A stretch of DNA of 64,000 nt from Octopus sinensis (taxonomy: Eukaryota), in NCBI RefSeq assembly GCF_006345805.1, contig NC_043003.1, positions 72,974,001-73,038,000 of the forward strand. Direction: 5' to 3'. A program made the position numbers and the translations under genes. Under the pieces are notes generated by a model, which had not been told where the DNA came from, did no database searches, and worked only from the letters and a program-made list of their open reading frames with translations. This document shows positions 12,500 through 26,640 of this stretch, piece after piece (position 1 is the first letter of the stretch; each line of letters opens with the position of its first letter).

Positions 12500-15130
12500 C
12501 ACTGGAAATATAAAACTGTAACATTTGTAAGGCTGAAAATTTTAAGAACGTATTTTCAAAGGTAAAATAATAAGTTACTTGACATTTCCCCTATACAGAG
12601 TATGAACTTCGAGAAGCACGTAAGAGTGTAACAATTGTATGGCTGATCATCCACAACGCTTATTTGCAAAGTTCCTGTTTATAAACTGTCTGAAAGTTTT
12701 GCCTGAAGTCATATTTACAGAAGTACCGTTTACTGAATGCACTATGTCGGAGTTAAGGAAAACAAGCAGCCTAGTAGTCTTTTACAGTTGGATTTCTGGA
12801 GAGCTTATATGTAAAAGTACAATTCAAAAAAAATATCTGAGCATTAAAAAAAATCTGTCTATAGTCTGCAGATAGTACTTGCAAATGTACCATTACTTAG
12901 CACACTATCTGAACGTTTGTCCTCATGTAGAGCAATATCTTACACCAGATTAAGAAACACGCTAACTTTTGAAGGATCGAAGTTCATGAGAACTTATTTG
13001 TAAAGTTAGCTACAAAACAAGGAGCTTAAACATAATACGGCTGCAAGTTTGCAAATCTTATTTGTAAGATTGCAATGTTGAAGACATAACCTGATTGTGT
13101 TTCCTAATATAGATTGGAATCGTAATGGGGAAACAAGAAATGTTGTAATGTCCGAATTTATTGAGCTATTATCTAAAATGGTTGCCTTTATTGAACAAAC
13201 TATTTGCGCATTTCTTTTCCTGTATAGCGAGATATCATCTAAGAAACAAACAAAATAAAAATGTAACCATTGTACACCAGGAAGTCTCGAGATCTTTGCA
13301 AAAGTACAAATATTGTATAAACCATTTCTTAAGTGTTCTTATGTAAAGAATAATTTACAACGGAAACGAATTACCTCATTACTAGTGTAGAGATGAACAT
13401 CTGGAAATCGTCTATGAAGATTTCCCATTATTGAACAGATTATCTGAGCATTTTAACTTATGTAGAACGATGTGATACTTCGAAAAAAAAAATTCAACCT
13501 TTGCATAGCTGAAATACTGGCGATCTAATTTGCTATGGTATCTTTATCAGACATTCTGATAGCTTTCTCATTTAATACAAAATCTTCCTCCGGAAACAAT
13601 AGAGCCTATAATTTTTGTACATCTGAAACTGTAGAGATCTTATTTGCAATGTTAACATTACTGAAGTAAATATATGGGCTTTTTACTCGCGAAAAACGAA
13701 ATCATACTTCGCAAATAAAAAGAAAAATACGCTGTTAGATTTATGGAGATGACATTTTTCAAACAATATTTGTAAAGGTACCATTTGTAAAAAAATCCTT
13801 TGACAGTCTTTCTCCGTGAAATGCAACGCTGTCTTCGAAAAACAAGAAAAGATTTGTACGGCTGAAATATTGGACATTACGTGACAATATATCATAACAC
13901 ACTATCAGCGTTTTTTCCTCTTATGGTTTAAAATCTTATCCCAAAAGCGTAGAACACTCTAACAGCTACTCACTTGAAAGTCTGGAGATAAGTTACAAAT
14001 ATACCACTATTGCTTATATCAATTGAGTGCTTTTGTTAATTTTGAGGTAAATCATTCCCGTGAAACAAAAATATCCAGAAATCTGTATGACCATTATTGA
14101 ATAAACTATTCACGCGCTTACTTTCATATAAGGTAAGATCTTTCTTTGAATAAAAAGAAACCGCTAAACTTTGAAGATTTTCAAGTCAGGAGATCTTATT
14201 TGCAACAGTTCCATTGTTGAAAGTTATTTATACAGAAATCTTGTAAAATTTGTGCAGCATATAGTCTTTGGGGGTTTACTTGTAAGGGTTAAGTTACTGA
14301 ACACTCTATCAGAGGTTTTTTCATCATGTAAAGATACATCTTACTCTAAGAAAATGAAAACATAGCAAATGAACAGTTGAAATTCTAGCGATACCGAACT
14401 GGCAGAAGCGTTGGCACGCCGGACAAAATGCTTAGAGGCATTTCTTCCGGCAGTTTACGTTCTGAGTTTAAATGCCGCCGAGGTCAACTTTGCTTTTCAT
14501 CCCTATCGAGGTCGATAAAATAAATACTAGTTGAGCACAGGGGTCGATGTAATCGACTAATTCTCCTGTTTAAGAATTTAAGCCTTATGCCTATAATGCG
14601 AAAGATATTTGCAAATTATAATTTTGCAAATATAATTTTGAAATTGCTTTGATGTAAAGTAAAATCTTGCTCTGGAAATAAGTAATCCTACATCATTTCT
14701 TCGACTGGAAGCCTTGCTACTTCATTTGTCAATGTGAACTTACGAAAAACTGTCTAACCGCTTTTCTAATGTGGACCTAAGTCTTCCTCTGGAATCAAGA
14801 AACCGTGCAAACTCTGTACGGTTGAAAGATTGCAAACTTAATTTGCAATAGTAACATTTTTCAGCAAATAAACATATATTTTGTCCTCGAGTAGACCATA
14901 ATCGTACACTGGAAGCATAAAAATAATGTGACATTTGTTATTCTAGAAATTTCACATCTTATTTGGAACTGTATAGTTACCGAACAAATTATTTCATAAT
15001 TTTTCCTTTTACAGTGCAAAATGTTGCTCAAGTAACAAGGAAACAATTAGCGTTTGGGCGAGTAAAAGACTAGAAATCTTATTTCACAAAGAAAAATTTG
15101 TTTACTTTCATCGTAAGTTGAATTTATTTC
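12500..15130 (+). repeat. Highly diverged tandem array, ~115-120 bp period, about 20 units
   Basis: Motif GAGAT-CTTATTTGCAA-(A)GTACCATT..ACACTATC recurs at ~12657, 12878, 12993, 13057, 13293, 13525, 13639, 13767, 14196, 14275, 14605, 14720, 14837, 14958 and 15078; spacings are mostly 111-123 bp. Confidence 0.75.
14398..14600 (+). mobile_element. SINE (GGCGAGCTGGCAGAA family) inserted into the 117-bp array
   Basis: CTGGCAGAAGCGTTGGCACGCCGG..GAGTTTAAATGCCGCCGAGGTCAACTTTGCTTTTCATCC..GGTCGATAAAATAAATACTAG; same family as 51077-51455. Confidence 0.85.
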
Positions 15131-15417
15131 ATAATGTATGATTGTTCAGGTAACAAAGAATCCCCTAACGTTTGTACCGCGTACATAAACACACCAACAC
15201 CGGTTGCTAAGCTGTGATGGAGGCTAAACACAGATACAAAGACGCACGCACACACACGCACGCGCACACATACCTACACACATGTACATACACACAAACA
15301 CACATAAACACTCATATATATATATATATATATATACGATGGGCGTCTTTGAATTTTTCTCTACCAAATCCACTCACAAGGCTTTGGTCGCCCCATAGAT
15401 ATAATATATGTATATAA

Positions 15418-15458
<41 letters not shown>

Positions 15459-16739
15459 TACACATACACACAAATATATACGCACATACACATACATAAA
15501 CATACCCACAATACATACATACACATAAATATATAGAGACATACCTTCACATCAAGATAAATATATATATCATAACGTATATACGCAAGCAATTTAAAAA
15601 AAATTGTCTGGTGTATATAATATTAAAATGTTAAAATTAGGAAATTGCACATTAATTTGGTATAACATAATTAAATACGTGTGTAAACAATATAAATAAA
15701 AACAAACAAGAAAAATAAACAATAAAAATAAACCTCAGCGAAGCTTAAGCTTCAATTTGTAAAACAAGCGAAAGCTTTCTTAAAAGTGAAGTCGAAATAT
15801 GCACTACCATTGCAATGTAAAATTACTATAACGTATAAAGTCAAATTCAAATGCGACATTCAAAATTTTCCGAAAGTCAAAACATTTTACACATACTTTA
15901 TTTTATCGGTTGACATTTTAAACTTGGCGGCGTGCCTGCAGGAATTTAAGAGCTCGCGCCTCTTGTTCAAAGCAGTTTTATCCTGGAACAGGACGGAAAA
16001 CTTATCTTTACTTTCTCTTTCTTTCGTCTGGAACTACTAACTTGTAGAAGCATACGTCAGGGGATTTTGTGCGTGAATATACACATATATGCATTTGTAT
16101 ATATATTTATGTCTTGCCTATATATGTCTGTATATGTATGCAGCCATGTACCTGTATGTTTAGTGTATATATGTATATTATAGATGGTTTGGTATGTGTA
16201 TATACTGCTAAATGTATACGGATATGTCTTTAAATAAAGAGGGAGTGTTGTAAATCAGAAACGAATTCTAACTGCATATCAAAGAAATCAGATTCCAAAT
16301 ATTTTCCTAGCGGTAAAGACAACTCGTTCGCGCGTTCATGTTTGTGTGTGCGTATGCTATTGTAAACTTTGGAAATGTGTGAGTGCTAATGTGTGTGTGT
16401 GTGTGTGTTTGTGTGTGTGCATGTGTAAGAAATCGCAGCTCAAGAGAAACAGATTATAAAGGACTAGAAAAACGTAGCGAATAATAGAAAATGCAATTAT
16501 AGTATATTTCGTAGTGAGGTGAAAACTATCTTTAGAATTTGAGATTGCGTTGTACTGTCAGAAGCGTGTGAATGTGGCATTGAAATTAGTTTGGGCTTGG
16601 TATATGCATATAATTTTAGAGATTAAAATATACGACAATGTGCTATACTTTATATATTTACGAGCTTTGTGCATTTTTCAAGAATAGTGGAAGCGCACCC
16701 ATACACGCACGCATACACACCCATACACACTCACGCACA

Positions 16740-16793
<54 letters not shown>

Positions 16794-18479
16794 GATCAAT
16801 TTGAAAGTTTAGAAACTAATGTATAGCAGAAATTAGTTTATCTCCAAATTTTCATTTATTTGTTAACCGTTTTAATTAGCAAAACTTTATTGTTTTTCAA
16901 ATTTCAGTATAACTCATATGATTGAAAACGGAGTAATTTTAGTTGAGGAATTAAATAACTGTTGCTCTTAAATAATTCTAATCTGATTCCTTGGAACGTA
17001 TAAATTTGATTTTTGATTCTTTAAGAAATATCAATTCATAGACTTTATATTTTTAATTTAATCTATATTATCTTAATTCAAGCCTGAAAGGACTTTTTGT
17101 ACTCTATGAATCGAGTTATATAGAAATGATTATGGATACAACTTTGGGAAAACCTCTTCTTGCAAGTAGTCTGTTAATTAGATCAAAATTGTGAGCTTTT
17201 CTCAACTCAATGGAAAAGGACAAAATGTAGTCTTTAAATTATTAATTCAAGTGTATTAAAATGTTTTCTTCAAAGAAACAACTTCTAAATGTGTTAAATA
17301 ATTCACCTACAATGTCTGATATTGAACCAAAAATCGAATATGTATATTTAGACAATAGCATAATTTGATTCGTCAGAAATGTATAAACTAATTTAGCTGT
17401 TTTTTTTAAATACTTTTTAAACATCACATTTTTTTCTCTTCTACGCATTTCTTTCCTTGTCTTCTTTTTCTTCTTCATTCTATTTTACTTCTTCGCTTTT
17501 TCCCTCATCTTATTCACACCGATTACTTCCTTTCACCCTCATTATATATATTTTGTTGCGTTTAATATTCTTTTATTCTTTGGTGTACAAATATGATTGC
17601 ACAAAATAAGTTTTTATGTGATCTATGTGAGATTGCGATAAACTATAACTGTACATTCTATATTTCGACTGTATTGAGTTCATTATTAAATTTTTCGTTT
17701 CCTAATCGTGCTACTCGATGATCGCAGCAAATACATACAAAGAATGCAAACACTCACGCACGTACACTTACACACATGTACACGTACAAATATGCCTATG
17801 ATATGATGGAAATGCTAAATTGTTTTTCTCCTCACAGTAGAGAGAATGCATTCAGAAGGTTATATGAACTTATATCTGGTTGTTTACAAAGATAAATTTT
17901 ATTCTTCTGGCCTGCAGATATTCTGAATGGATGTCAAAATTTCTCTGAAGAAGCCTTGTACGCAAAAGCGGGCATGTATATGCAGTCTAATACGCACATA
18001 ACAGTGTATGCGCATTTGTGTACATGTGTGTGTATGTGCATGCGTGTTCTGTATTTTTATAACGCGGGCACACTTTGTTTACAAAATCTGTATTACTGAT
18101 TTTCTATACGAGGAGAAATCAACATACTTGTTATCTATTTATATATTTTGTCTCCATACTGCTTTTCCAATCTTCATTTTATCTTGTTTATCTATTTCAT
18201 AAAAATCTCCATCACCTCTGGCTTCCATCTTCTCCCCTTGCGTTTTCTCTCTCTTAGATAAACCATGTCTCTCGATTTCATTCTTGTAAACCATAACTCA
18301 AACTTTTACTTACTTAGTCTAACAATATATCTCTGTATATGCATATACATTAATATACATACATACATACATACATACATACACAAATATACATGCATAC
18401 ACACGTACATACATACATGCATACATCTATATTTCTATGTATATACATATTAAAACACGCATATACACACAGACATCTG

Positions 18480-18670
18480 TATAAAGTAAATCCCACAAAA
18501 AGAACAAACACAAATAATACAACAACGCGAGGACGTGGTACATGTATTAGCAGACGCTCAGGGAAAGAAAGATGGTTTAACGTTTCGAGCAACGCTCTTC
18601 TTCAGAAACAGAGGGAAGTCCAATAGAAAGGAAGACGGATGAAGGAAATCGCTAACGATTCACATGTGGT
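18480..18670 (-). mobile_element. Short hammerhead-bearing repeat (Penelope pLTR-like solo copy)
   Basis: Flanks (rc ..ATCGTTAGC..TTTCTG-NNGAAGAGC..GCTCGAAACGT..CCTGAGCG..CTAATAC) are shared with the copies near 42760 and 43750. Confidence 0.6.
18575..18609 (-). ncRNA. Minimal type I hammerhead ribozyme motif, canonical core
   Basis: rc = GTTT CTGAAGA A GAGC GTT GCTC GAAAC GTT AAAC: stem I GTTT/AAAC, CUGANGA core, stem II GAGC/GCTC, GAAA, loopless palindromic stem III ACGT, triplet GUU. Confidence 0.8.
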
Positions 18671-18772
18671 TGCATTATCTGTATATCTGTATATAATATA
18701 CATATAAACATATACACAAACACTTTCATATATGCAATCCTACTAAAAAAAAAATATGTATGCTAATATATC

Positions 18773-18829
<57 letters not shown>

Positions 18830-18905
18830 TATATATATTATATATATATATATAATCACTTCTCTATATATTTAGAAATGTATTTTTAAATATATAGATT
18901 TAACA

Positions 18906-19035
<130 letters not shown>

Positions 19036-20129
19036 CTACATATGTATTGATGTACAGATAAATATATTTGAAATAAAAAATTTCAACATGGTCTGATTTT
19101 CACGTTTTATTTTTATAACCTCTCTTTACTATTTTACAACATTACAATAAAAATCAAGTACTTTCACGCTTTCCGTAATCTTCAGGTTTCTCTAATTTCA
19201 TTATTTACGAACAGTTGGGCTTCAAAATTGACAACTTTAGCCAAATGACTGGATTTTTTCATTAAATACCTTCTGCTAGGCTCCAGTATCCTGAATCTTA
19301 TGAACAGTATTCAGCCAATCAACATGTGGTTTAGCCGTCACGGTTTGCTAAATACGCCAACACAGCTGACATTGATTGCACTTATTCATAGGAACATCGC
19401 AATCAGTCAAAGGCATCTGTAAAGGATTCAGCATTTCGTGGTTGAAAAACACCTGTTATTATTAACAATATTCCAGCCTTTAATAATTTTAAATGAAATT
19501 AATATCACTGTTATTATATAATATTACTGTTAAAATTCATATGGTTCTTTTCCTTTAGTAAAATTACATTTAAATGAATAATGATTAAAATGTTTCTATG
19601 ACTCACCAAAAGTGATAAATTACAGGACTCTACAAATGTTGAGTATTCTTTAATATATTATAATTGAGAGGCTCTAATTTCCACTATTCTGAGTTCCTTA
19701 TTTCCCATCATCAGATGATAAACTAAACCTGTACTTTTTTGAGTATCCACTGTCTGAATATTTTTGGGAAATTTGACATAAAATTTGAAAGGAACACTTA
19801 TCCTTACGCTCTTTTTTTTCAAAGACGTTCATGAACGACACATGTGGAAACGGCTGCTTTAGGATCACGCTTTTGATTTCATTTCTGGTTCTCGTGGTAC
19901 TGGAAATCGGAGCCTTTGTGTGTCTAGAGAATAGGTGAAGAGGGGTGTTTCCACAGCATGGAAACCTGTGTTATGTGAGCCCATGTATGGTTAGGGAGGG
20001 AGATAAATCGACAGATAGACAGAGAGAAAGAGAGCAATACATAAATTGAGTAAGTGATGCATTGTGTGACATTTCCCTATATGTATATATTCAAGCATAT
20101 ATAACTATCCACAATAGATTTAACAACAT

Positions 20130-20518
20130 GGACTGGAAGCACTCCGTTGGTTACGACGACGAGGGTTCCGGTTGATCCGAATCAACGGAACAGTCTGCTC
20201 GTGAAATTAACGTGTAAGTGGTTGAGTACTCCACAGACACGTGTACCCTTAACGTAGTTCTCGGGGATATTCAGCGTGACACAGAGAGTGACAAGGCCGA
20301 CGCTTTGAAATACAGGTACAACAGATACAGGAAGTAAGAGTGAGAGAAAGTTGTGGTGAAAGAGTACATCAGGGATCACCACCATCCTCTGCCGGAGCCT
20401 CGTGGAGCTTTATGTGTTTTCGCTTAATAAACACTCACAACGCCCGGTCTGGGAATCGAAACCGCGATCCTATGACCGCGAGTCCGCTGCCCTAACCACT
20501 GGGCCATTGCGCCTCCAC
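20130..20518 (-). mobile_element. tRNA-derived SINE with 13-bp target-site duplication
   Basis: rc head GTGGAGGCGCAATGGCCCAGTGGTTAGGGCAGCGGACTCGCGG..GGTTTCGATTCCCAGACCGGG; direct repeats GATTTAACAACAT at 20117-20129 and 20519-20531. Confidence 0.92.
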
Positions 20519-20860
20519 GATTTAACAACATAGAAAGTGGAAGCAAGTAGAAAGTTTGATAGACAGTATTCTAGTACCATTACTACCTCATTTTATGTTC
20601 GTATGTGTTACTGTGAGGTGCAATAATTTCAATGCCAAACCGATAACAAATCTGCATAGTAATAATTTATGTTCTACTAACTGTGATATATTTCTGATCC
20701 TATACATCCAGCAAAAGTTTCCGTTGTGCTCTTTGCCTGCTACGCTACTTGGGTTTTGGTGTACACTAATTGGTTAGGAACTCCCTTGACCGTATATAAA
20801 TTTCTATTGCATAATATAATTTGTACCTACCCCTGTAGTTACACGTATAGGATTGGTATA

Positions 20861-21669
20861 CGAAGGGGTACCCAAAAGTAACCGGGTTTTTTGCAATATT
20901 ATTTCACTTTGTTTTACATGTTTACACTTTTATATCCTTGGAAGTATTCTCCATTTGAAGAAATGCATCGGTCCAGCCGCGCTTTCCACTGTTCGGTACA
21001 GTTCTGGAACTCTTGCAAAGTGATGCCTTTTAACGGCTCCGTCGTGTTTTTCTTCACCTGTCCACATCTGAAAATACCCTAACACCAGTTTTCGTTATCA
21101 GTGATGACTTTCGAAAAAAAGGTCCAGATCAACTTCCAGCTGTTCTTTCAGTTCGCTACACGCACTCAATCTTCCGTGAGCATGCGAAACACAAATTTTG
21201 CTGCAACTCTTTTCATTCGCAATTCCTCGTTCAAAATGTTTTGGAAAGAGCTCCGAAACACACCAGTCATAACAAGTTCGTCAATAGTTCGGCGACGGTC
21301 CCCCAAGATCAGTTTAGGAATTTTTCATGACGTTTTCATTCGTTCGTAAACTTGTGTTTTGCTCATGGCATCGTCCTTATAAGCTGTCTGAAGCACGACA
21401 ACTGTTTCGGCCGCCGTTTTCTCCAGCAGAAAACAAAAATTCACAGAAATAGGCTGTTCCTTAGTTTCAACCATCGCAAAAATCGACGAACAGGGGAGAA
21501 GTACTGCAAAACAAAGATGCACTACATGGGAGTAGGACTACACAGAACGACGCCGGTCAGCAGACTGATGCTTGAGGGTTGCACCAAGTGGCTTTTAGCA
21601 GCGGAAGCCTGAACTGCAACAAGTTTGTTCCACAGAGTACGTTTACAATTAGTTTTGGGTACCCCCTCG
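20861..21669 (-). mobile_element. Mariner internal-deletion derivative with both TIRs and TA TSD
   Basis: TA|CGAAGGGGTACCCAAAA ... TTTTGGGTACCCCCTCG|TA; N-terminal HTH (NFCFLLEKTAAET..LQTAYKDDAMSKTQVYE) and C-terminus (QEFQNCTEQWKARLDRCISSNGEYFQG) are present, the DD34D core is missing. Confidence 0.9.
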
Positions 21670-22675
21670 TATTTGTAGACAAATCACTTGTAATGTATAA
21701 ATTATATAAAAATAGTATCTATTTTGTCGCGGAGCTTCGTTTCAAACTGCTAGACTCTGGTTATGAGACCAGCACCAATCCACTGTGCCACTCTGATGAA
21801 CGAGTGCTTGAGCAAATATATAATGTATTACTCCAAAATTACTTCTATTACATCATCCATTATATATTATTTATAATTTATACATTTATTTCTATACATT
21901 TGATTGTTGCAAATATATGGAATATGACAACTACACAACACATGGTGCATCTCTGAGATGCTAATTTACTTAATGAAAGTCTGCATTACACACTGATGAA
22001 ACTTCGAGTCACATTTGATGTATCACATGCATAGATGTTTGCAACCTTTCCTGTCTTTATTTGCTACTTTTTGATCAACCAAAACCAAATCAGTTCCATG
22101 TTTCCGCAGCACAGCATAGCAAGCGAGCTTGCTAGTAATTTTTTTTGTTTTACTATAATAGAAAATGTAGGTAAGAATTGAAATTATTGATCATTCAAAG
22201 TTTACAAAAGTATTTACTCTTTATGTCTATACGACATTTTTGTGTATTTTCTGGGGAATATGTGCGCATATGTTAAACAAGGAATAACGTATGCATACGT
22301 TTACATATTCTGGCCGCCATTTAACTTTATACAGTACCAGGAAATGAGCAGATCTGAAGAATTGTCTGTCTCTGTAGTCGAAGCCTAATTCTATTGAGAT
22401 GTAGATTTGTCAATGTTATATACTTCTGGCCGCCATAAAAGATCATCAGTGATGGCGTGGGCTAAAATCTATTAATACTACAGATGTTTTCTTGCAACCT
22501 TTCTCCTGATGGTGTCAAGATATGCTAATATATGTGTAACGGCGAATAAATTTGTGTAGGTTTGCATGTCTACTTATATAGATGTTTGCGTATTGCTTAT
22601 ATCTCAATGTACTACTTCCGAAGTAATGCCTTTTTGTATATTATGTACATTATGTATGTGTAACTGCGCTTATGC

Positions 22676-22745
<70 letters not shown>

Positions 22746-22968
22746 TGTGTGTGTGCGTGCGCGCATGTATGTGTGTGAGTGTGTGTATGTGTGTGTATTA
22801 ATGCGTGTTTTTATGGCTAGTTATATGAAATAAGAGACATATGAAAAAAGAAGAAGGCCCAGTATTAATTAAAGGACCACTTAATACATAGAAGAATTTG
22901 CAAGTAAAATGTTGACAGAAAGTTCGAAATTTCAGTTCAAACGCCATCGCTAGGATATAATGTTAACT

Positions 22969-23014
<46 letters not shown>

Positions 23015-23015
<1 letters not shown>

Positions 23016-23531
23016 TAGCAGTATCGCCCGGCGTTGCTCGGGTTTGTAAGGGAAATAACTATATAAGCATTTTTAGAGAGTTACTTCCCTTATAGATGCC
23101 AATTCGGGCTTTCTTAGCCATTTCTGTTTTGGTGTCTTCAAGCCATGAAGTCGTTGTTCTAAAAGAACGCTGGTCTCCTTGACAACGCATTACGACGTTG
23201 ATTTCCTTAAACTCCCTTCCCCACAGCTTCACGAGGGAGGGAAGAAGGAGGAGAAGCAAACACAGGTGCAGGTGTTTGAGCGTCGACGCCAACTCCGCCG
23301 CCATCGACACACGAAAAATTATGCATTAAAATGGAATAAAAAATGATGTTAAATTATTTTTAAAATCGTAGACTCATCGTAGACGCGCGCTAATAGCCAG
23401 ACGGGCTCGATATTAATCACGACTATAAGATACCCGAATTTGGTTAAACTGCACCGCAAAATGTGGGAGGAGTTAGGAATCTAAGTCGAAGGGGACAGAC
23501 ACTCACACAACTACAGTTTTATATATATAGA
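23015..23531 (-). mobile_element. Non-autonomous Helitron, both termini intact
   Basis: rc begins A|TCTATATATAT and ends hairpin CCCG-AGCAACGC-CGGG + CGATACTG-CTAG|T, the canonical TC..CTAG ends in an AT target. Confidence 0.85.
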
Positions 23532-23859
23532 TATATATATATGTGAATATAAATTATATATATATGCTTATGTACATACACATGAATATACATGTATTTG
23601 TCAAAACGTGTTTATTTATGTGTATGTAGGTGTGTATATACATGTATGTGTGTGTGTGTATCTGTTTGTGTATGCACGCGCATTTGATTGTATATCTAAA
23701 GATATATGTATAAAATTTGAAAGGATGTATGAAATTTATACTTACAAATATGTGTGTATACACATGTTCTCTCTCTCTCTCTCTATCTTTCTATCTATAT
23801 ATGTGTGTGTGTATATGCGTGTATATATGTGTATATATATGTGTGTGTGTGTATGTGTG

Positions 23860-23928
<69 letters not shown>

Positions 23929-24469
23929 ATATACATACGCGTAGCTGTATATGCATTTGTACACACACAATAGATTCAGCAATTATTTAATGTTTCCCTT
24001 TATTTACAAGACCAATACTTAAAAATGTTTCCTCTTGCTCAGTGAAGATATGTCTGAATATAACCTTTCAACAGAAACCATATAAGTATGATCTGTTTTT
24101 GACCTGTGCTCTCAAACAGACCGAATCTCTCATTCGTCTGTTTATATTCAAATGAACCGAAACAATAAAATGAACCGAAAACCATTCACCCCCCTACCTA
24201 AATTCTGCAAAATGCATGATGCCTACTCAACCAGAAGTCTTCTTTACCATTTTTACTTTTCTACCCACTCTCTTTCTCTCCTATTTATTCTACAACTTTG
24301 TTGTTTGTGCCACCCTATTAACCTATCCACAAAGTTGTTTGTTTATTAGTTGTAAAAAATATGCTATGATACCACATCTACTTTCCTACCAATCTTCTTC
24401 CCCAACTCTCAAGATGAAGCAAAAAAGGTCCAGGGGAGGCTATTTTAATCCTGTCAATGCTGTTACTTT

Positions 24470-26640
24470 TTGTTGGAATGCTGCCTGCTTCTCCTCCAAG
24501 CTTCTGCTTATGTAGCCTCGTTTGGGTCGTATGAGACAGTAGTATTCTCAGAGTTATTGCACTCTGAAAATGTTGTTGCTCTCACTTTTGAGTATACATC
24601 GAATGTACACAATTCTTTACTGTTCAATAGGTGTTGTCTGAGTGATGCGACATTCAAAGGCTGTTTGAACTAACCATATGCCTCTACCACCATCACTTCG
24701 TCTCACATAAATACTATCGGTGTCACTGTCAATATGAAAGTTACCAGTGGTGGTCTTTACCTTTCCGGTTTTGATTTTCAGGTCACGTGTCTCATCGAGT
24801 GTCCCAACCAATATTCCAAATATCACTGGTACTGCAAAAATATTGTGAGATATGTTCTTAAATGTAGACAGCTCTAGGTTCCCTATTTCCCTAAGTCTAC
24901 AAAATTACTCTTTTGTTATTCTGGCTTTAGTCACAGCAACAATCTCCTCGATCCAGAGGTAGTTGTAGCTTTCATAATTTAAGATAGAGATTATAGACAA
25001 GCCGTTGGTATACATGTTCTCTGCCTGGTCGACAAGCTTTCCTCGGTTGACAATGATTTATAAGCATATATCTTGCCCAAATTCCATTCCCCTATCTCGT
25101 GAGGATGTTCTGATTAGTTCTAATTGTCTTTTGATATTGGTCCTATTACCAGAATATAATTTTAGGTAATCAACATAAAATGTGTGGGTGACATTAATTT
25201 TATTCTTTTCTGCATATTCAAGCATGTAGCCCTGTTATGTTGACAAGGCTGACAAGGGATTCGCTACCAGTACAAACAGCATTATAGATAAACTATAACC
25301 CTGGACTATGCCTGCTGATGACTTAATGCTGTTTGTAACAATAGGCGTTGCTTTAGCAGTTGTCAGTAATAACCGTGCGAACCATTTTGCAGTCAGTCTT
25401 TCAATGGCATTCACTGTAGCAGCTAGTACTTTGGCAAGATGTAGGGATTCTACTACTCGTGAGTGAGACACAGAATCAAACGCCTTGTAGTCTAACCATA
25501 CCGTTACGGCTGTGTTGCTTGGCTTTCTCAGGGACAGCTTTGTTGAGGAGGAGCCGCTCAGCACAGCCCCAGATTCCTTTCTTTCCTCCTGTCAATCGGT
25601 GATCAGTTCATTTGTCTGGCAGTGGTTTTGGAAAAACATGTTCAGATAGCATATGTACAAAATGTACATGATATTCAGGCATGCCATCGGCCTATAGTTT
25701 TTGGCCACTTGGATCTCTTTGTTTTGGGGAGTAAGAGTAGTCCGTGCAAGCGTCAGCGAATCTGGCATGTCTAGCTCAGAGTCCATTCTGTATTCAAAAC
25801 AGGTTCGTAAGGATTTCCTTGTAGAACGTGAGCTTTTTGTGCCTGAAGCCTGCTATCCGGTCTCTCCTAGGAGATTTTCCATTCTTTAGTTTCATTATAA
25901 CCTCACGGTTATTTCACTGGTGATGTTATATGTTTTGGAAGAGGCATTTACACAGTATTCATTTCATAAGCCATTTAACCATGTTATATCGCGGTTGTGT
26001 TATTTGTTTACTTTCCAGATTTCCAGCCAGAATGACTCTAGGTCTTCCTTTACTACCTTCATCGTATTGCTTTCATACAGCGATATACGGCTTGTGGGTT
26101 AGGGGAAAATTTCTAGTTTATAGAATTCCGTTCAAGTAAGTTTTTACAATAATGAAATTTTTCACTTACCACTTGTACATCGTGTTTGAGGGTGAGAAGT
26201 TTCCCTGTGACATGCAGTCGTAGATGGTGATTCGTGACCTCATTTTTAGCCTTGCATTTGATGAGTATGTCCGATTGTAATATCTTTTACCCGAATCCTT
26301 GATGTTGTTTTGGTGGGAGTAATCCTTTTTAGCTCTACATTATCTTTTGGATCCGCCTTTCTTACTCCTATCTGTTACACAATTAGTGCGGTACAATATA
26401 ACAGGACACTTACAGTCCAGAAGTTGGGAGTTTTGATTTCAGCTACTTGTTGTCTTGCAGTTGCGTCGATCAAGAATAACATAAGGTCTGTAATTTTTTC
26501 CCCAAACTCGTGTCAGTATAGTTCTCCCAGTAGTGAAGTTCTGCTTGAATTTCGATGCAAGCAGCGATTTTAGTATTATATATTCTTCGTTTGTTTTTCT
26601 GGGATCATGAGTAGTTGCTATATGTCTGTGTAGTAGTGGC
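24470..26640 (-). mobile_element. R4/Dong-clade (RLE) non-LTR retrotransposon, N-terminal region through RT, degraded
   Basis: NYRPMACLNIMY (25592-25786), VWLDYKAFDSVSHS and GIVQGYSLS..LFVL..NPLS (25235-25564), H.DSD.D.IYVRRSDGGRG (24617-24826). Confidence 0.9.

Noticed and set aside
12500-15130. CRISPR-like interpretation of the periodic array
   Set aside because: Eukaryotic context; similarity extends across whole units rather than identical repeats with unique spacers; no cas genes.
19300-19660. Possible two-exon minus-strand ORF (EYSTFVESCNLSLL + VFFNHEMLNP..CNQCQLCWRI*) using a GTGAGT donor at 19606
   Set aside because: Weak acceptors, no recognisable product and no further exons found.
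20440-20518. tRNA-like sequences (also ~30750, 47515 and 1450)
   Set aside because: They are SINE heads: A/B boxes are present but continue into SINE bodies without a complete cloverleaf.
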